A DNA stretch of 64,000 nt from the human T2T-CHM13v2.0 reference genome, Homo sapiens. This document shows positions 1 through 18,049 of the stretch, piece by piece. The stretch is taken from the NCBI RefSeq assembly GCF_009914755.1, contig NC_060929.1. One strand, 5' to 3'. The notes under the pieces were generated by a model. The model worked only from the letters and a program-made list of their open reading frames with translations, had not been told where the DNA came from and did not search any database. The translations under genes were made by a program, and so were the position numbers. Within the stretch, counting starts at the first letter, position 1. Each line of letters starts with the position of its first letter.

Positions 1-1
1 C

Positions 2-387
<386 letters not shown>

Positions 388-465
388 TTCTCTTCCCTTC
401 TTTATATTCCTTCAAATTGAGTCAAACTTGAAAGTCCTCCTTCTGTACCCGTTGGTAAATGAATG

Positions 466-836
466 TTGTTTTAGTCAGTTTGGGCTGCTATAACAGAAAA
501 CCATAGACTGAGTGGCTTAAACAACAAATGTTTATTTCTCACAGTTGTGAAGGCTGGAATTCTAAGATGAGGGTGTCTGCAGGTCCTGTGTCTGGTGGGA
601 GTACTTTTCGTGGTTTGCAGATGGTCATCTTTTTGCTGTGTCTTTAGATGTTGGACAGCAGAGAGGGCAAGCTCATGTCTCTTCTAATGAGGGTACTAAT
701 CCCATTCATGAGGACTCCACTCTCATGACTTAATTACCTCCCCAAAGTTCTACCTCCTAGTACCATCATATTGGGGATTAGGATTTCAGCATATCAATTT
801 TTGGGGGTGGGGGGACACAAACATTCAGTCCATAAA
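466..836 (-). mobile_element. MaLR solo LTR, MLT1A0-like
   Basis: ttagtcagtttgggctgctataaca...ggcttaaacaaca...ggggacacaaacattcagtccata termini typical of MLT1A. Confidence 0.85.
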
Positions 837-1384
837 AATAAGGAAACCTAGAATGGGATGGACATTTTCTTCACCTTCTTTTAAAGCGCCCCACAATATG
901 GTCTTTTTAAAAAATTCCACTTTTCCGGGGTTTGCTTGCCAGTCTTCCATCTTCAAAATCTTCAGGAAAGAATCAGGCGCAATTCTTGATGTTCAGATAT
1001 GCTTCCAAATTCCAAAAGACACATGTCAGTTTCTCCCACAGACTCTCTCACTCAGCGTAGTGAACTTTGAAGTCAGACTTGGGGTGAGTCTCTAGGTTCC
1101 CAACTCTGTAAGTATTCAACTAGGTAGTAGCTGTCAGTCTTTCCTCTGTGCAAGCACTCCCACTCTGTATTCCTTTGAAACTCCCTCTTCACTTGGCTTC
1201 TAGTGGGTTGAGGGAAAATATTTTCCTGCTCACTCACTCAGGGCTGAAATGTTGATTGGGAGTAGCAGATGTGGTTCCTTTGCATCTGAATAAGCCCTTA
1301 GAGAGGTTTCCGGCCTTTAACAGCCTAGAATCTTTATGAATTTTTGTCATCATTTTTTCAGTCATAATAACAATTCCAAGATAA

Positions 1385-1721
<337 letters not shown>

Positions 1722-2927
1722 AGCATAAAACTAAACTAAATGATATCCATTCTTATGTGATACTGTGGTCTATAATGAAAAGCAAAAAACACAAACTCTA
1801 ACCCACAGGATATAGTAAACCAGATCCTTTCAATGCTTAAGATTTTTAAGTTAGGAAACTTTAAAGTAGCATTAACTTTTCAAGGTCCCCAAAAGTACTA
1901 TTAATGAATAATATTAGAGTTGTTTTGTTTTACATTCTGTCAGAACGTAGTAGGTAAAACATGGGTGTTAGAGTGAGGGAGAGAGGTTAAGCCTATCATG
2001 AAATCACTGGTCAAGAACATAACTCAGTAAAATGTTTAATGATCTTTATTAGAAGGCCTTTGTGTATAAGCAGGTTTGAGATTAATTTTAAAAAAACAGA
2101 TTTCCTTTTAAAATTTTTGATAGGCATTTTTAAATTTAAGTTAATGCTAAAATGTATTTGTTAATCTTAAGCCTCATAGTTCCCTTAAAGAGGCTTGAGT
2201 AAAGAAGTATTTTAGGTTCTGGCTTAAATATGAAAATGATTTTAAGCATACCCAATGGCTAACAAATATAACAATTATCATTCCCAGTGCAGTGCTGTCT
2301 TCAAACTTTCTCAGCTGAATTTTTTCTGAGTGACATTTTTGCTATCCATATCCTTCTTAAGAACTCAATAATGGACTAGGTTAATTAGAGATAGGTAATC
2401 TTACCTAGTGTTAATCATCCTTCTGTCAGAATAAATTAACCTTTTTAGCTCCTATTTTGTAGAATTCCCAGCCTCCACAGACAATGTTCTCGAGGCATTA
2501 GATAGCCTTATAAAATTTTAAACTCATTTGAACTTGGAAATACCCATTACTAATAGAATCATTAAACTTAATAATCGTAGAGATTTACTCAGATCATTGA
2601 AGATAAGCCTAATTTAGGCACCTTGCAGTCTTGCTGCTTCTTCATTGTGTGATTTGGAGAAATTCATTATCATCTGAGTCCTCATTTCTTGACTGATAGA
2701 ATGGGGATAATTATATCCACCTCAAATTATGGAAATCAAATGGGACAAAGCTATAGTAGGTTCTGAAATGCATTGCTAAAATGTTTAGGATCATTATTAT
2801 TAATATTGTTTTGAAATATCAAGTCAGAAGACTTTACTTTCTACTGTTAATGTCAACTGATCCCTAATATACTGAGATCCTTTCCCCTGGCTCTTTTGTA
2901 TTATTTTAAAATTAAATTAAATTATTA

Positions 2928-3046
2928 AAAAATAGAGATGAAGTCTCACTATGTTGCCCATGCTGGTCTCGAACTCCTGGGCTGAAGTGATCCTACTTGG
3001 CTTCCCAAAGTGCCAGGATTGCAGGTGTGAGCCAATGTGCTTGGCC
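2928..3046 (-). mobile_element. FLAM / Alu left monomer
   Basis: gagatgaagtctcactatgttgccc...gtgagccaatgtgcttggcc, single arm. Confidence 0.85.
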
Positions 3047-4129
3047 TCTTCTGTATTCTTGACAATGAGAAAAAAAAAGGTATAAGATTGTGTGAGATTG
3101 TATTCTGACCATCTCTGGTTCCCACAATTCTTTGGTACATGTGTGGCCCATGGAGCAGATTAGTTAGCCCATAGTGGAGGTTCATGACACCTCATGGCAA
3201 ATAAAATGAAAAACTAGCATGCATTGAAATAAAATTATTAACTGTAAATATAAACTTATTTGCTTTTATAAGGTGAAATGATACAGTAGATTTCATCAGA
3301 GGTAATTTGGGAAATATTAAAACATTTGGCTTTAATTAGAAAGGCAGGAAAATATATCAAACTAGATTCCATTTGGGCAGGGTTTGTTTATCCTTCTCAT
3401 CTTGAGTTTGAGCCAAAAATCCTTAGTTTTGACTAGTTCTTAAATGTTTCTCCAAATTTGGGCAGAGCCTTTGGCCTATTTAAAGACAGATGCAGCTTAG
3501 CTCAGCATTAGTTAAGAGGGATGGTGGTACATGCAGATCAGGACCCACCAAAATGAAAAGCAGGAGGGGGTCCTAGGGTGGATAAAACTGTGTGTGTGGA
3601 TAGAGGGGCACCACTCATGAGTAAATGAGTGCTTCATTGAGGTGGAACAAATCTCATTCATCAGAGTTTCTCTTTGGCAAAGATTGTATGTACTGTATTT
3701 AGAAAAAACTTTAATAAACTGCTTGTGGGTAGTTCTCCCTTACCCCCCAACCTATCCCCAACCAATAAGGACAAATTGCCTTTCATTTAGGAGCCTGTGT
3801 TTTGTTCATTTCCCTAAAGATTGGTAAATAGGTTTGGAGGTAGAATTTGGGACAGGGCGATGTTGCTGGATATTTATGAGGAGAATGGAATGTGAGATTC
3901 TGGGGAATACTGAGAAAAGAAATGAGGGCCAGCTTGCTGGATCATTTATGTCGGGAGGAATGGGAAGTAGCTGCTTGGTTAAAGGAAAGAATTTGGGAAA
4001 CAAAAATGTCTAATGAGAGATTTTCAAAATTAATATCGTGAATAGATGATAGAGACCCATGTTAACAGAAGTATAAAAACGTGGGCCAGAAAGTCTCCTT
4101 ACCATCCTGGGGCCTCACTGCTCTCACTT

Positions 4130-5010
<881 letters not shown>

Positions 5011-5194
5011 AAGTTTAATTTTAAAAAATGTTGAAGCTACCTCAAACGTATCCAAAAGTTGCAAGTATAAAGAATATTTTCCCCATGGAACTATTTAAGA
5101 GTAAGTTGCCAACATAATATCCTTGTACACCAGAATATATAACCCTAGGTTATATATGTTATAAACAAGTACATTCTCCTACATATTCAAACTA

Positions 5195-5710
5195 CAGTCT
5201 TCCCTTGGTATCTGTGGGGATTGGTTCCAGGATCCCCCCTTCAGATGCTCAAGTCCCTTATATAAAATAGTGTCATGTTTGCATAAAACCTGTGGACATC
5301 CTCCTGTATACTTTAAATCAGAGGTGTCCAATCTTTTGGCTTCCCTGGGCTGCATTGGAAGAAGAATTGTCTTGGGCCACACACAAAATACGCTAACACT
5401 AATGATAGCTGATGAGCTAAAAAATAATTGCAAAAAAAACTCATAATATTTTAAGAAAGTTTACAAATTTGTGTTGGGCTGCATTCAAGGCCATCCTGGG
5501 CTACATGTGGCCCATAGGCTGTGAGTTGGACAAGCTTGCTTTAAACCATCTCTAGATTACTTATGATATATAATACAATGTAAATGCTATGTAAATAGTT
5601 GTTATACTGTATTGTTTTTATATTATTTTCATTTTTTAATTCAAATATTTTTCAATCCACAGTTGGTTAATTCTACAGATGTGGAACTTGTAGATATGGA
5701 GGGTCAACTG
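5195..5710. mobile_element. MER2 (TcMar-Tigger MITE)
   Basis: TA-cagtc..ccttggtatctgtgggg left TIR and gtagatatggagggtcaactg right TIR; split by MER30. Confidence 0.85.
5319..5538. mobile_element. MER30 (hAT-Charlie MITE) nested in MER2
   Basis: cagaggtgtccaatcttttggc...gttggacaagcttg; 8-bp TSD ctttaaat / ctttaaac. Confidence 0.92.
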
Positions 5711-6558
5711 TGAAACCATCAATATCAGGACATTAGCTTTGATATGTTACTGACATCAAATGGAGTTAGACTCCATTCACAGTTTGCCTGTTGTCCCTAA
5801 TATGTCCTTTATAGCAAAAGTATCCAGTCCAGAATCATGTGTTGTGCTTAGCTTCTGCCCTACCTCTTCAGTCTCCTTTAATCTGAAACAGTTCCTTCTG
5901 CTTTCCTTCATTTTTATGACCTTGGTACATTTAAAGATGATAAACCAGACATTTGTAAAATGTCCCTTAATTTGGGTTTACCTGACATTTCCTTGAACTC
6001 AATTCAGATTGCACATCTTTGGCAAAAATATGACAGAAAAGATGCCTTGTTCTTCTTGCAACCTATCAGGTGGTTCATGATTTTGTTTTATCCCATTACT
6101 GATGATGTTCACTCTGATCATTTGACTAGGGTGGTGAGTGCCAGGATTCTCCACTCTAACTTAGCCTTTTTTTCCTTTGTAATTATTAAGTGTTTGTGGT
6201 AGGGTACTTTGAAGTTATGTAATACATACTTTGGCATTAAAAATTCAGTTGATAAATTGGTTCTTTTGGTTACATCACCATGTACTAATAGGTTTCTATA
6301 ATAATCAATAGTCATAATCCATTCCTATCATTGTTTGTCTTGATGTTCGAACTGTCCCAGATTTGTTTGGTGGGAGCTCCTTCAAGCTGGCTCCTGCACA
6401 GCTTTTGACTTATCGCTATCATTCTGTCAGAACTTCCTTGCTTTCTTGTCTAAAGAGATATTCTAGGCTCATCTTATACTTGTCCTACTCTGGACATGGA
6501 ATCAGCCATTTCTTCAAGGAACCTTTTAATGGAGAATGATATTTAGAAGCCCGAGTGT

Positions 6559-6946
<388 letters not shown>

Positions 6947-7507
6947 TTACTATCTCCATATATAAACAACTACTAGTTGATACCTATTCCTTCAACTACT
7001 ATCCAACATCACCAGATCCATTCTAATTTTCTCCCTTTCCATATTTTTAACACTCTTCTCTCACAGTCGAAGTCCTGGCTCATGTTATTCTTAATGTACT
7101 TACATATTTCATCAACATCCCTGTAGGTAACAAGTCTCACACTGTTGCCTCCTCCTACATAAATACCTTTCTCACTTAGATACTTTATGTCAGGCACTTG
7201 GGTTTTGTGCTTGGCAACTCCCTCCTCCACACTCTAATCTGTAGCAGAAGTTCTCTTCACTCCTCATAACCTCTAATACCTCAGGCTTCTTGGTGCACTT
7301 TTAATTTGCATTCTTTTTGTTATCTATGAGGTTGAGCAATTTTTAATGAAGAGTGCCAGTATAAATCCTTTCTCCATTTCCTACACAAAATCTTTAGTAA
7401 AATCAACATTGCCCAAAAATATTTTTGTGTGAGTGAATTATTTAATAGTTCTTGAATGAAAGCTGAGTTTTATGTTTAGCTGCACAGAGTGAATATATTA
7501 TTTAAGC

Positions 7508-7710
7508 TATTTATTCATTTAACAAATATTTATTGAATTCATTGTATGTTCCAGCCACTTCCTAGGCACTGAGGATCAAGTGGTAAAAAACAGACACAAA
7601 TTGCCTTCCCTCATGAAATTTATATTTTTAATGGTACAGTTGAATAATGAACAGGCTAACCTGTAAGCTTAGAATGTAATTTCAGGTAGTGGAGAAGCTA
7701 CAAAGAGACT
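7508..7710 (-). mobile_element. L2 3' fragment
   Basis: attcatttaacaaatatttattga...ctaggcactgagga. Confidence 0.75.
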
Positions 7711-8198
7711 AAAGCACAGAGACAGTGTGAGCAGTTGCAGGTGCTGGAGTAGCAGAGAAGTGTCAGTAGACACCTGGGTGACAGAATGGAAATAAATGTT
7801 TGTGCATGCATCCCAAGTATCAGCATTTGGGGAATCATGGCTACCTGGAAGGGACAAGCCAATGTGGGGGTCTGAAATCCTGAGTTAGAGATCCAAACTG
7901 GATAGGAGGCCAATCACTCAATCTGGCTTTGTAGACTTTTTGGTAATTAACTCTAGAGGTCGCTTCTCAGACCCAGGCCTGTGCAGCACTGTCTTCTCAG
8001 CTTCGATTCTAACAAAAACAGCAGAAATAAAACTTCATGAGTAACCAATAAAACTCTGTCTTTTAAAAAAGATACCTACTTTTAATCTTTATACATCATC
8101 ATTTTAAGTTAGAGAATATTAGTTCCATCTCACAGATAAAGGAATGGAGGCTCTAGAATAATAATAACTTACCTAGCATCATATAACTAATAAGACAG

Positions 8199-8580
8199 TG
8201 AGCAGTGATTGACTGATTCCAAAGCCCAGCTCTTTCTACTGTTGCCCATGGTCAATCTTCAACTTTTTATTTTGGCAAAGTGCCTTCCAGAGGAAGTTCC
8301 ACTATAAGGCAGAGTAGGGCCTCATGAGCCAGCATTCCCTAGACCATGGGCCTCTTGTTAAAACTTAAATAAGTATACCCCTGTAAAGACTGAGCAGTGA
8401 TTGATTCCAAAGCCCAGCTCTTTCTCTGTTGCCCATGGTCAATCTTCAACTTTTTATTTTGGCAAAGTGCATTCTAGAGGAAGCACCTCTGTAAGGCCAA
8501 CTAGGGCCTCATGAACCAGCATTCCCTAGACCATAGGCCTCTTGTTAAACTTAAATAAATATACTCCTGTAATATAGACT
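8199..8580. repeat. Two-copy tandem duplication, ~190-bp unit
   Basis: 8199-8390 and 8391-8580 align end to end with scattered substitutions. Confidence 0.95.
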
Positions 8581-9553
8581 TGTTTCCATTTCAATCACAA
8601 AAAATATAAACTAATTTTTATTTACCTTTTTAGGCTGACACATTATCTTCTAGTGACCAGAATCCAGGGTATATTAGATGGTTAGTCATATACTTAGAGT
8701 AAACAAAAGTTATTACATCCTTGCAAGATATAAAATTGCACAATATTATTTCACAGCAAGTGCAGCTACCACCTGATATTCTTGTAACTGTGCATATCTG
8801 AGATATCACAGATGAATTCATTCAATGAACTCAGCAAAGCCCTGATTACAGACAGACTAGTCACTTAAATAGATGTATTTGGATTAAATATGAGAACTCA
8901 GTGACTAAACTGTAGTAATGGTTATTTTGTCTTAATTTTTAGTTCTTCAGAGATCCCTGTTCTGAATAGTAGTTGTTATTAATACACTTAAAAGCATTCT
9001 ATAATTGAAAAGACAAATTGTCCATGTTTAGAGACTAAATAAAATAAAGTAATAATATTACACCCATCAAAAATAAAGTTTGAAAAATAGGAGAGGTAAC
9101 AAAAGCAAAATATTTGAATCATTTTATGTATAATGAAAAGGAAATGCCAATATGTAAGAATGCAATTTGCTTCATTTGTGATTTGGCCTAAAGCTTGTAT
9201 AGCATAATCTTAGACTATGTAGATATAGAGGGTCACTTGGGAGTGGTTTCCTAGAACACTATATTGAGAATATAGTGAAACCTAATCAGATCTCAGCAGT
9301 ATAGAGTGCAGGGATTGATTAGCGATGTCTGCCTTGGGAGCAGGGCAGGAAAGAGTGATGACTTTCATCTTACTGTAACCCTGGAGTCACCACCAAGGCT
9401 CCATTTGACACTGAAACCAGCTCAGCTGTTCTTCACTCAAGGAAGCTGCAAAACACAATGAAAATAAGCCCCTGAGAGATAATGGCTATTCAAATTTACT
9501 TTGACTTACAGTTAGTCTAACATCCACTAGCCTATGAGAAGAGCTTCTAGGTA

Positions 9554-10678
<1,125 letters not shown>

Positions 10679-11029
10679 ACATACACATCATGTCAACAGG
10701 AAAGAGCTGGAGTCTCTGAAGCTGTAGAAAAGGAAATGGCCTGGGAAATAGAAGCACTGCTAGGGTCTTCAGGAGTTGGGCCTTTTGCAGGGCAGAATGA
10801 AGGCGCTGGCCTGTTACAAACCACGCAAAAGAGGATATATGAATGTGGAAAGGAATTCTGCTTAGGGAAACTGTAATAAATCATGTCAGAAATAGCAGCA
10901 GTTGGCAAAAGACAAATAGTCACTTTGGGGTATCTTTTTCAATACAGGAGAATAATAATGACTAAATACATCTCTAAAGTATAAAAATATGAAAACTTGA
11001 ATAGAATATTATATCAAATCTTTTCTGAA

Positions 11030-11165
11030 TTCTGGCTCCCCTATTTGTAAAACCTTGAACCGCAGTTCCTTATCAGTAAAATGGAGATAATAATAATAAT
11101 TCTTACCTCATAGAAGGTCCCTGGTACATAGTAAGTGCTATGCAAGTGTTAGCTTTCATTATTAA
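11030..11165 (+). mobile_element. MIR fragment
   Basis: cagttccttatcagtaaaatggagataataata core. Confidence 0.7.
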
Positions 11166-11928
11166 AAAAAAAATGACCTCTTTGGGTGGTCAGGGATATG
11201 TGAAACATATTTACTGATTATACAGAAATGGATCACTACACACAGCCATTCAAAAATATGAAATGATATCCAAGAAATATTGTTGCTTAAAAAAAAACCA
11301 AGGTGCAGAATAGTGTGTACTGTATGTTTGCATTTTTTAGAAGGATATTTAAATGCATATATGGAGTGGTACTCAAGAAACTGTTATGACCTGAGAAGGA
11401 GACTGGGAAGTCTGGGCAGTAGATAAGCCTATTTCTCATTGTGTACCTTTTTGTACTGGTTGAATTTTTAAGTCATGCACATGTTTTTTTTAAGTGACAA
11501 GAACAAATTCAAAGTTAATAATATATAGAAATTATTATCCCTCAAGTTAGGCATTTTTCCAATATAGTGTTTCACCTATTGAAATAGAAAATTTTCATTA
11601 GCCATTTGTAGAGGTGAGCTATTGCTAACAGCATGACCTTTAACAATTCTATGAAATCTGGATAAAGTTATCTGCAGTCAATCATCACATATAACAACTT
11701 AAGGTATCATATTATGGTGAAATATTTGTTGGATCTCATTTTAATCCTAATGTTTAATTCAGTAATTTGGTTTATAAATGTATTCAGATTCACTGAAATA
11801 TATCATAATAGTAACATTTATAATTTGAAGCATGTAACATGTTTTGGCCAATAATAAACTTAGATTTTTAAAATGGTCTAAGCCACCAACAGCTTCTGGT
11901 GGCTTTAACATGAATAGTAGGACAAAAC

Positions 11929-11973
<45 letters not shown>

Positions 11974-12255
11974 AGACACGGTCTGACTGTCACCCAGGCT
12001 GGAGTGCAGTGGTGCGATTTTGGCTCACTGCAGCCTTGACCTCCCTGGGCTCAGGTGATCCTTCCACCTCAGCCTCCTGAGAAGCTGAGACTACAGGCAC
12101 TTGCCACCACACCCAGCTAATTTTTGTATTTTTAGTGGAGATGGGGTTTCACCATGTTGCCTAGACTGGTCTCGAACTCCTGGGCTCAAAGCCATCCACC
12201 TATCTCGGCGTCCCAAAGTGCTGGCATTATAGGCATGAGCCACCACACCCAGCCC
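11929..12255 (-). mobile_element. AluJ
   Basis: Long T tract, J-type ctcctgggctcaa. Confidence 0.93.
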
Positions 12256-13315
12256 CAACACTTTCTTATTTATTAAAATTATATGTATTTGTTTTAGAAT
12301 ATTTGGAAATGATAGAAATAACAAAACTGGCCTCCCCATAAGAATCCTACCTTGTACACTTCTGTGAATGTTTTTTTAAAAGCATTTTTCCTTTTATTTT
12401 TTATAAATTACATAAGGGGATACTGGGAAGATGGTGACTGGAATATTTTTTGGTATACTTCCACACCCAGTTCCAGTCTAGGTGCTTTTCTTAAACCCAA
12501 TTCAGAAAACAAGAGTATAGGTAAGCTGTGAAGCCCTGGGGCTGGGAGGGCAGAGGAGAACCAGAAAGCCACGGATCCAGGGGAGACTTTGGCCGTCTCA
12601 GGGAGAAAGTACAGGCTCAGCACAAGTATACTCAGTCTCCTTGGCCTCCAAAAAGTCAAGAAGGAGTTTAATGGGTTCGCTGAGTCTTCCCTGCTGTTGA
12701 GGCTGGGAGATCTTTGAGAGGCCAGATAACAGGGTGGCTTCCTTCAGTTGCTGCAAAAGGGCAATGGCTTTCTGCCTGCTCCTCCACTTGCCACCTTGAC
12801 ATGATCTTTGCCTTGCATCCTGCAAGACCACTGCCATACAGAGTTCTCTAGCAACCAGAAGTGAACCAACTGAGCCAAAAGGAAAAATAACATCCTATTT
12901 AAATAGGGTCAGGAGCCAGAGGAGCTGACCCAGCAGAACAATCACTGAAATAGAACTTCTGGGAGAAGAAAAAGGAAACCTTGAATTCAAAAATAATAAG
13001 AGCACCCAAAGAAATAAAAGTGTTGCACAAAAGAGGCTCTCTGGAGCTAAGAAAAAATTCCAAATAAATAATTTAGTAGAGGAACTGGGGGAGGAGATGC
13101 TATGCTCACTGTTGAAATCTGAAATAGTTGTCTAGAAATCAGGACCAAGACATTTCTTGAAGTACAGAGTAAAAATATAAAAAGATGGAAATCTGGGGGA
13201 GATACTTAGGAAATATGTCCAGGAGGCCTAACATGTGAGTAATAGTAGTTCCAGAAGAAGAAAAAAGGGAGCCAATAATAAATAGTCAAGACAGTTTCCA
13301 TAAGACGAAGAAAAA

Positions 13316-13622
13316 GGCTGGGAGTGGTGGCTCATGCCTATAATCCCAGCACATTGGGAGGCCAAGGCAGGCATATGGCTTGAGCCCAGGAGTTCAAGAC
13401 CAGCCTAGGCAACATAGTGAGAAGCTGTCTCTACAAAACATACAAAAATTAACCAGGCATCATGGTGCACACCTGTAGTCCCAACTATTCAGGAGGCTGA
13501 GGCAGGAGGATTGCTTGAGCCCTGGAAATGGAGGTTGCAGTGAGCTGAGATTTGGCCATTGCATTGCAGCCTGGACGACAGAGAGAGACCTTGTCTCAAA
13601 AAAAAAAAAAAAGAAAGAAAAA
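13316..13622 (+). mobile_element. AluJ
   Basis: Full dimer with A tail. Confidence 0.93.
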
Positions 13623-13864
13623 GTGCTTGCAGATGGTAATATCTCACCAAGTTCCAGACTGGAGACACGAAGAGAAACATACTTAGTATATAATGATAAA
13701 ATTCCTGTTGCCAATTATTAATAGAAAATGTTGTAAGACTTCAGGCGGAAAGAACAAGTCCTAGATAGGAAAACATTTCAGATTTGGTTATCGGTTCTCT
13801 AGTACCACCCAGGCAGCCAGAAGACAATGGAGTAGCATCTATTGACAGTTACGTTACTTCTTCA

Positions 13865-14070
13865 GTGCCTTAGATATATTAATTATACCAATTTATTTGT
13901 TCCTCACAGTAACCCTGTGAGGTAGGTTCATTTTTATCTACACTTGACCAGTGAGGAGACTGAGGCACAGAGATGTTATGTAAATGTCCGAGGTCTCACA
14001 GCTAGAAAATGACAGAGCCAGGACTCGATGAAACTGATCTGGCTCCGGAGATCCCATACTACATCATCAT
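13865..14070 (-). mobile_element. MIR
   Basis: cctcacagtaaccctgtgaggtagg...gaggagactgaggcacagag. Confidence 0.8.
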
Positions 14071-15055
14071 TCAGCCTCTTAAATGGGGTATCACATTTGA
14101 GGAAGACACTTTGGAAAAAAGTCTAACAAACAACAGAAGAACCAGAAGACAGAAGAAATAAAGTGAGCAATGAACTCAAACTGTGGTGTGTGTTCTTTCC
14201 CCGCTTGTCCCCTTCTCTTCCTCAGCAGATTTTACCATTGTGGAAAAGTGTTCATTTCATTGACTGACACCCCAGGCGGAAAAGGAAAAGGAAAAGGAAA
14301 AAAATCTCAAATTGATTGTTTTAACCTCAAATGATCATAAGAATGTGGAACATTTCTTAGGAAATCAGAGTTTTGTATTATAATTTATACTGAAAAGTTG
14401 ATGAAAATAAAGCATAGACCTATTTTATCAAGCTCATTTCTCATTCTTTTTGAAGATGTAACGTTTCTTGTAATTTATATTTAACTTACAGAAAAATTTA
14501 GATAATGAATGATAAGAGTGAGATAAAGCTTTGTTTCTTTTAAGTTCCCTGCTGGCTGGAAGAGAATAGAGAGCTTGGAAACAGATGCTCACGTATTAGA
14601 AATGTGATATATGAAAGAGATGCTATAAAAATCAAGGAAAAGAGCATTATTCTATAAATGATGCCAGGGCAATTCTTCACCCACATGGAAACAAATAAAA
14701 TTAAATTCTTACCTAACATCATACTAAAAAAATATATTTTAGGTGTATAAAAGACTTCAGTGTGAAAGAACAGCTTTAAAAATTCTAGAAGAAAATTCTT
14801 TATGCCCTCAGAATAGTGATTTAGAAAAAAAAAAGACACAAGATATAAAAAACACCATAAAGCAAAAGAAAGCAATCTGCACAGTGAGTACATACATGGG
14901 TATTCTTTAATATTACTTCATGTGCATTAAGGACAAGCATTAAGAAGTAAATATATGTGCCATAGATTGAGAGAGATATTTATAGCGCTTATTATTGACT
15001 TTCAAAGAAATGATATTGCAAATATATAGAGATACCTACAAAATTAGAAATAAAA

Positions 15056-15354
15056 GGCCTGGTGTGGTGGCTCATGCCTGTAATCCCAGAACTTTGGGAG
15101 GCCGACTGGAGGATCGCTTGCGCCTAGGAGGTTGAGACCAGCCTGGGCAGCACAATGAGACTTCACCTCTATAAAAAATTGAAAAATTAGCTGGGCAGTG
15201 GCTTGTGCCTGTGGTCCCAGCTACTCGAAAGGCTTAGGTGGGAGGACCGCTTGAGCCCGGGAAATCAAGGCTGAAGTGAGCTATGATTATGCCACTGCGC
15301 TCCAGCCTGCACAACAGAGTGAGACCCTGTCTCCAAAAACAAACAAACAAAAAA
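15056..15354 (+). mobile_element. AluJ
   Basis: Full dimer, (aaac)n tail. Confidence 0.93.
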
Positions 15355-16019
15355 CTTAATCAACTCAATAGAGAAACAGGTAAAGAGATGAAGAGGCAAA
15401 GATGCTTAATCTCCCTGGTAATCAGGAAAAAAGAAATTAAAATCTTTATGCAACATCATTTCATACACATCAGATTGCATGAAATCAGAAAATTTCATAA
15501 AAGGATGTGTTGGTGTGGAGGAGAAGAAAGAACTTATACTGCTGGTGAGAGGCTGTACAGGGCGATGATGTGGAATTTAGAGAAAGTGTTGCATGTGCAT
15601 ACAAGAAGATTGGGACAAGACAGTGATGGCAGCATTGTTCATAATACAACTATGGAAAAATATCTAATTGTTAAACAGGGGAATGATTAAGTAAATTTTA
15701 TGTGATGGAAAATATGAATGAACCATAGTTATATGTGTCAACCTGTGGCTAAATCTCAACGTTATGTTGAGTGAAAAAATGAACATGGGAAAGGCTATAT
15801 ATAAAGTTTTAAAATGTTCCAGACAGTATTGTATATTGCTTATGGATGCTTACATATGTAGCAAAGTCACAACAGCATGTGTGATAATAATGACACACAT
15901 CAAATTGAGATAGTATTTATCTCTGGGATGGGAAAAAAAATCTGATTAGTGTGTATGTGGAGGTGCCCAGATTATTTTATTTTCTGTTTTATGTTTAAAA
16001 CTTACGGGAGGTACTTAGA

Positions 16020-16430
<411 letters not shown>

Positions 16431-16715
16431 TAAAAACATATGGCAGTAGGCATTTTCCAAAATGATGCATAACAATATAATGAATTTGATTGGATGTTGG
16501 ATTTTTAGTCATCTTAAAAAAATGATGCCATCTGTTGATTTATTTGCGGTGGAGAAGAATGCCCTATATAAAGAAGTATGTTTTAAAAGTTAATTAATGC
16601 AGACAAGGTTTTTTTCCCCAGAAAAATAAAGTATTATTTTACTACAAAGAAAAGTACTGTGATTTACTTAGGTTAAAACTACTTGCAGATAAAATATGCT
16701 CTTAGTTTAATAAAT

Positions 16716-17047
<332 letters not shown>

Positions 17048-17977
17048 TAGTCTAAGCTAAGTAATGCTTTCCTTCTTCAGAGTTGCAAAGGTACAAATAA
17101 CCATCTCATACTTTAGTACATGGCTGTTCCTCAGTATTGTTTTCATGTAGCTGCGTGGTTGAATGGGTCATGATAAAAGTAAAAACAAAAGTGAGATCAG
17201 AGTTACATAAACAAGATCAGTTTGCTGCCTTCCCCAGGGGTCAAGTCTACCAGATGAAGGTTTAAGTAATAGTCCCTAACCCGCGGAAGATGTTGAAATA
17301 CTGTTCTTTCTCATTACTGGATTATATCTTTGTTTATGTAGCATTTTTTCAAGATCTATGGACCATTTTGATGTGTTAGACATTTAAGAACTCTGTTTGT
17401 TATACAAACCATTAAAACCAAACCAAACCAAAACAAACTAAACCTTTCCTCCAGTGGGAAAATAGGCTTATTTTTAAGGTTTCCTTTTGGTTTTCCTTCT
17501 AAAATACTCCTCTCCTTTTTCTCTGTCTGCATCCTAATCTAGGTCCCCATAAGTTTCAGGGTTACATCAGGGTCATTTTGGAAGTTCTCACTTCTTCTAG
17601 ATTCCTTCTTCCAGCTCCATCCCCCAATTCTAGGCAGCTCTCTACTTAAAGATGTACAGTAGTTGTTCATTGCCAACTGGATGAAATTATTAATCTCAAT
17701 TTGGACTTTCCATTTCAGGTCAGCTATTCACAGAAACTGGCTTGTGACAAAGTTTTTACTGGTCCACAGTAACATGATAAAGTTAGGGTTGTATAAAGCT
17801 AAAATTATTCAAAATTAAAATTCCAATATTATTTTAGCTTTTTGTGATAAAATATTCTTCATAAAATTGAGTTGATAGTTGATGGAAGAATTTTAAAAAA
17901 ATTTTCCTTGGGAAAAGTGAGTTGGCAACTTTGAGGATTGATTTCTTTCCACTATCCCACCCGTCCCACTTCTCTCC

Positions 17978-17978
<1 letters not shown>

Positions 17979-18048
<70 letters not shown>
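17979..18048. repeat. Compound microsatellite (AC)16(TC)16
   Basis: Direct reading. Confidence 0.97.

Positions 18049-18049
<1 letters not shown>

Larger units (their letters stand above)
12416..14180 (+). mobile_element. Ancient L1M/HAL1-like 5' UTR plus ORF1 relic (interrupted by AluJ and MIR)
   Basis: Starts ggggatactgggaagatggtgac (L1 5'-end-like); ORF1-like motifs ggcctaacat..taatagtagttccagaagaag and gccagaagacaatggag. Confidence 0.5.
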
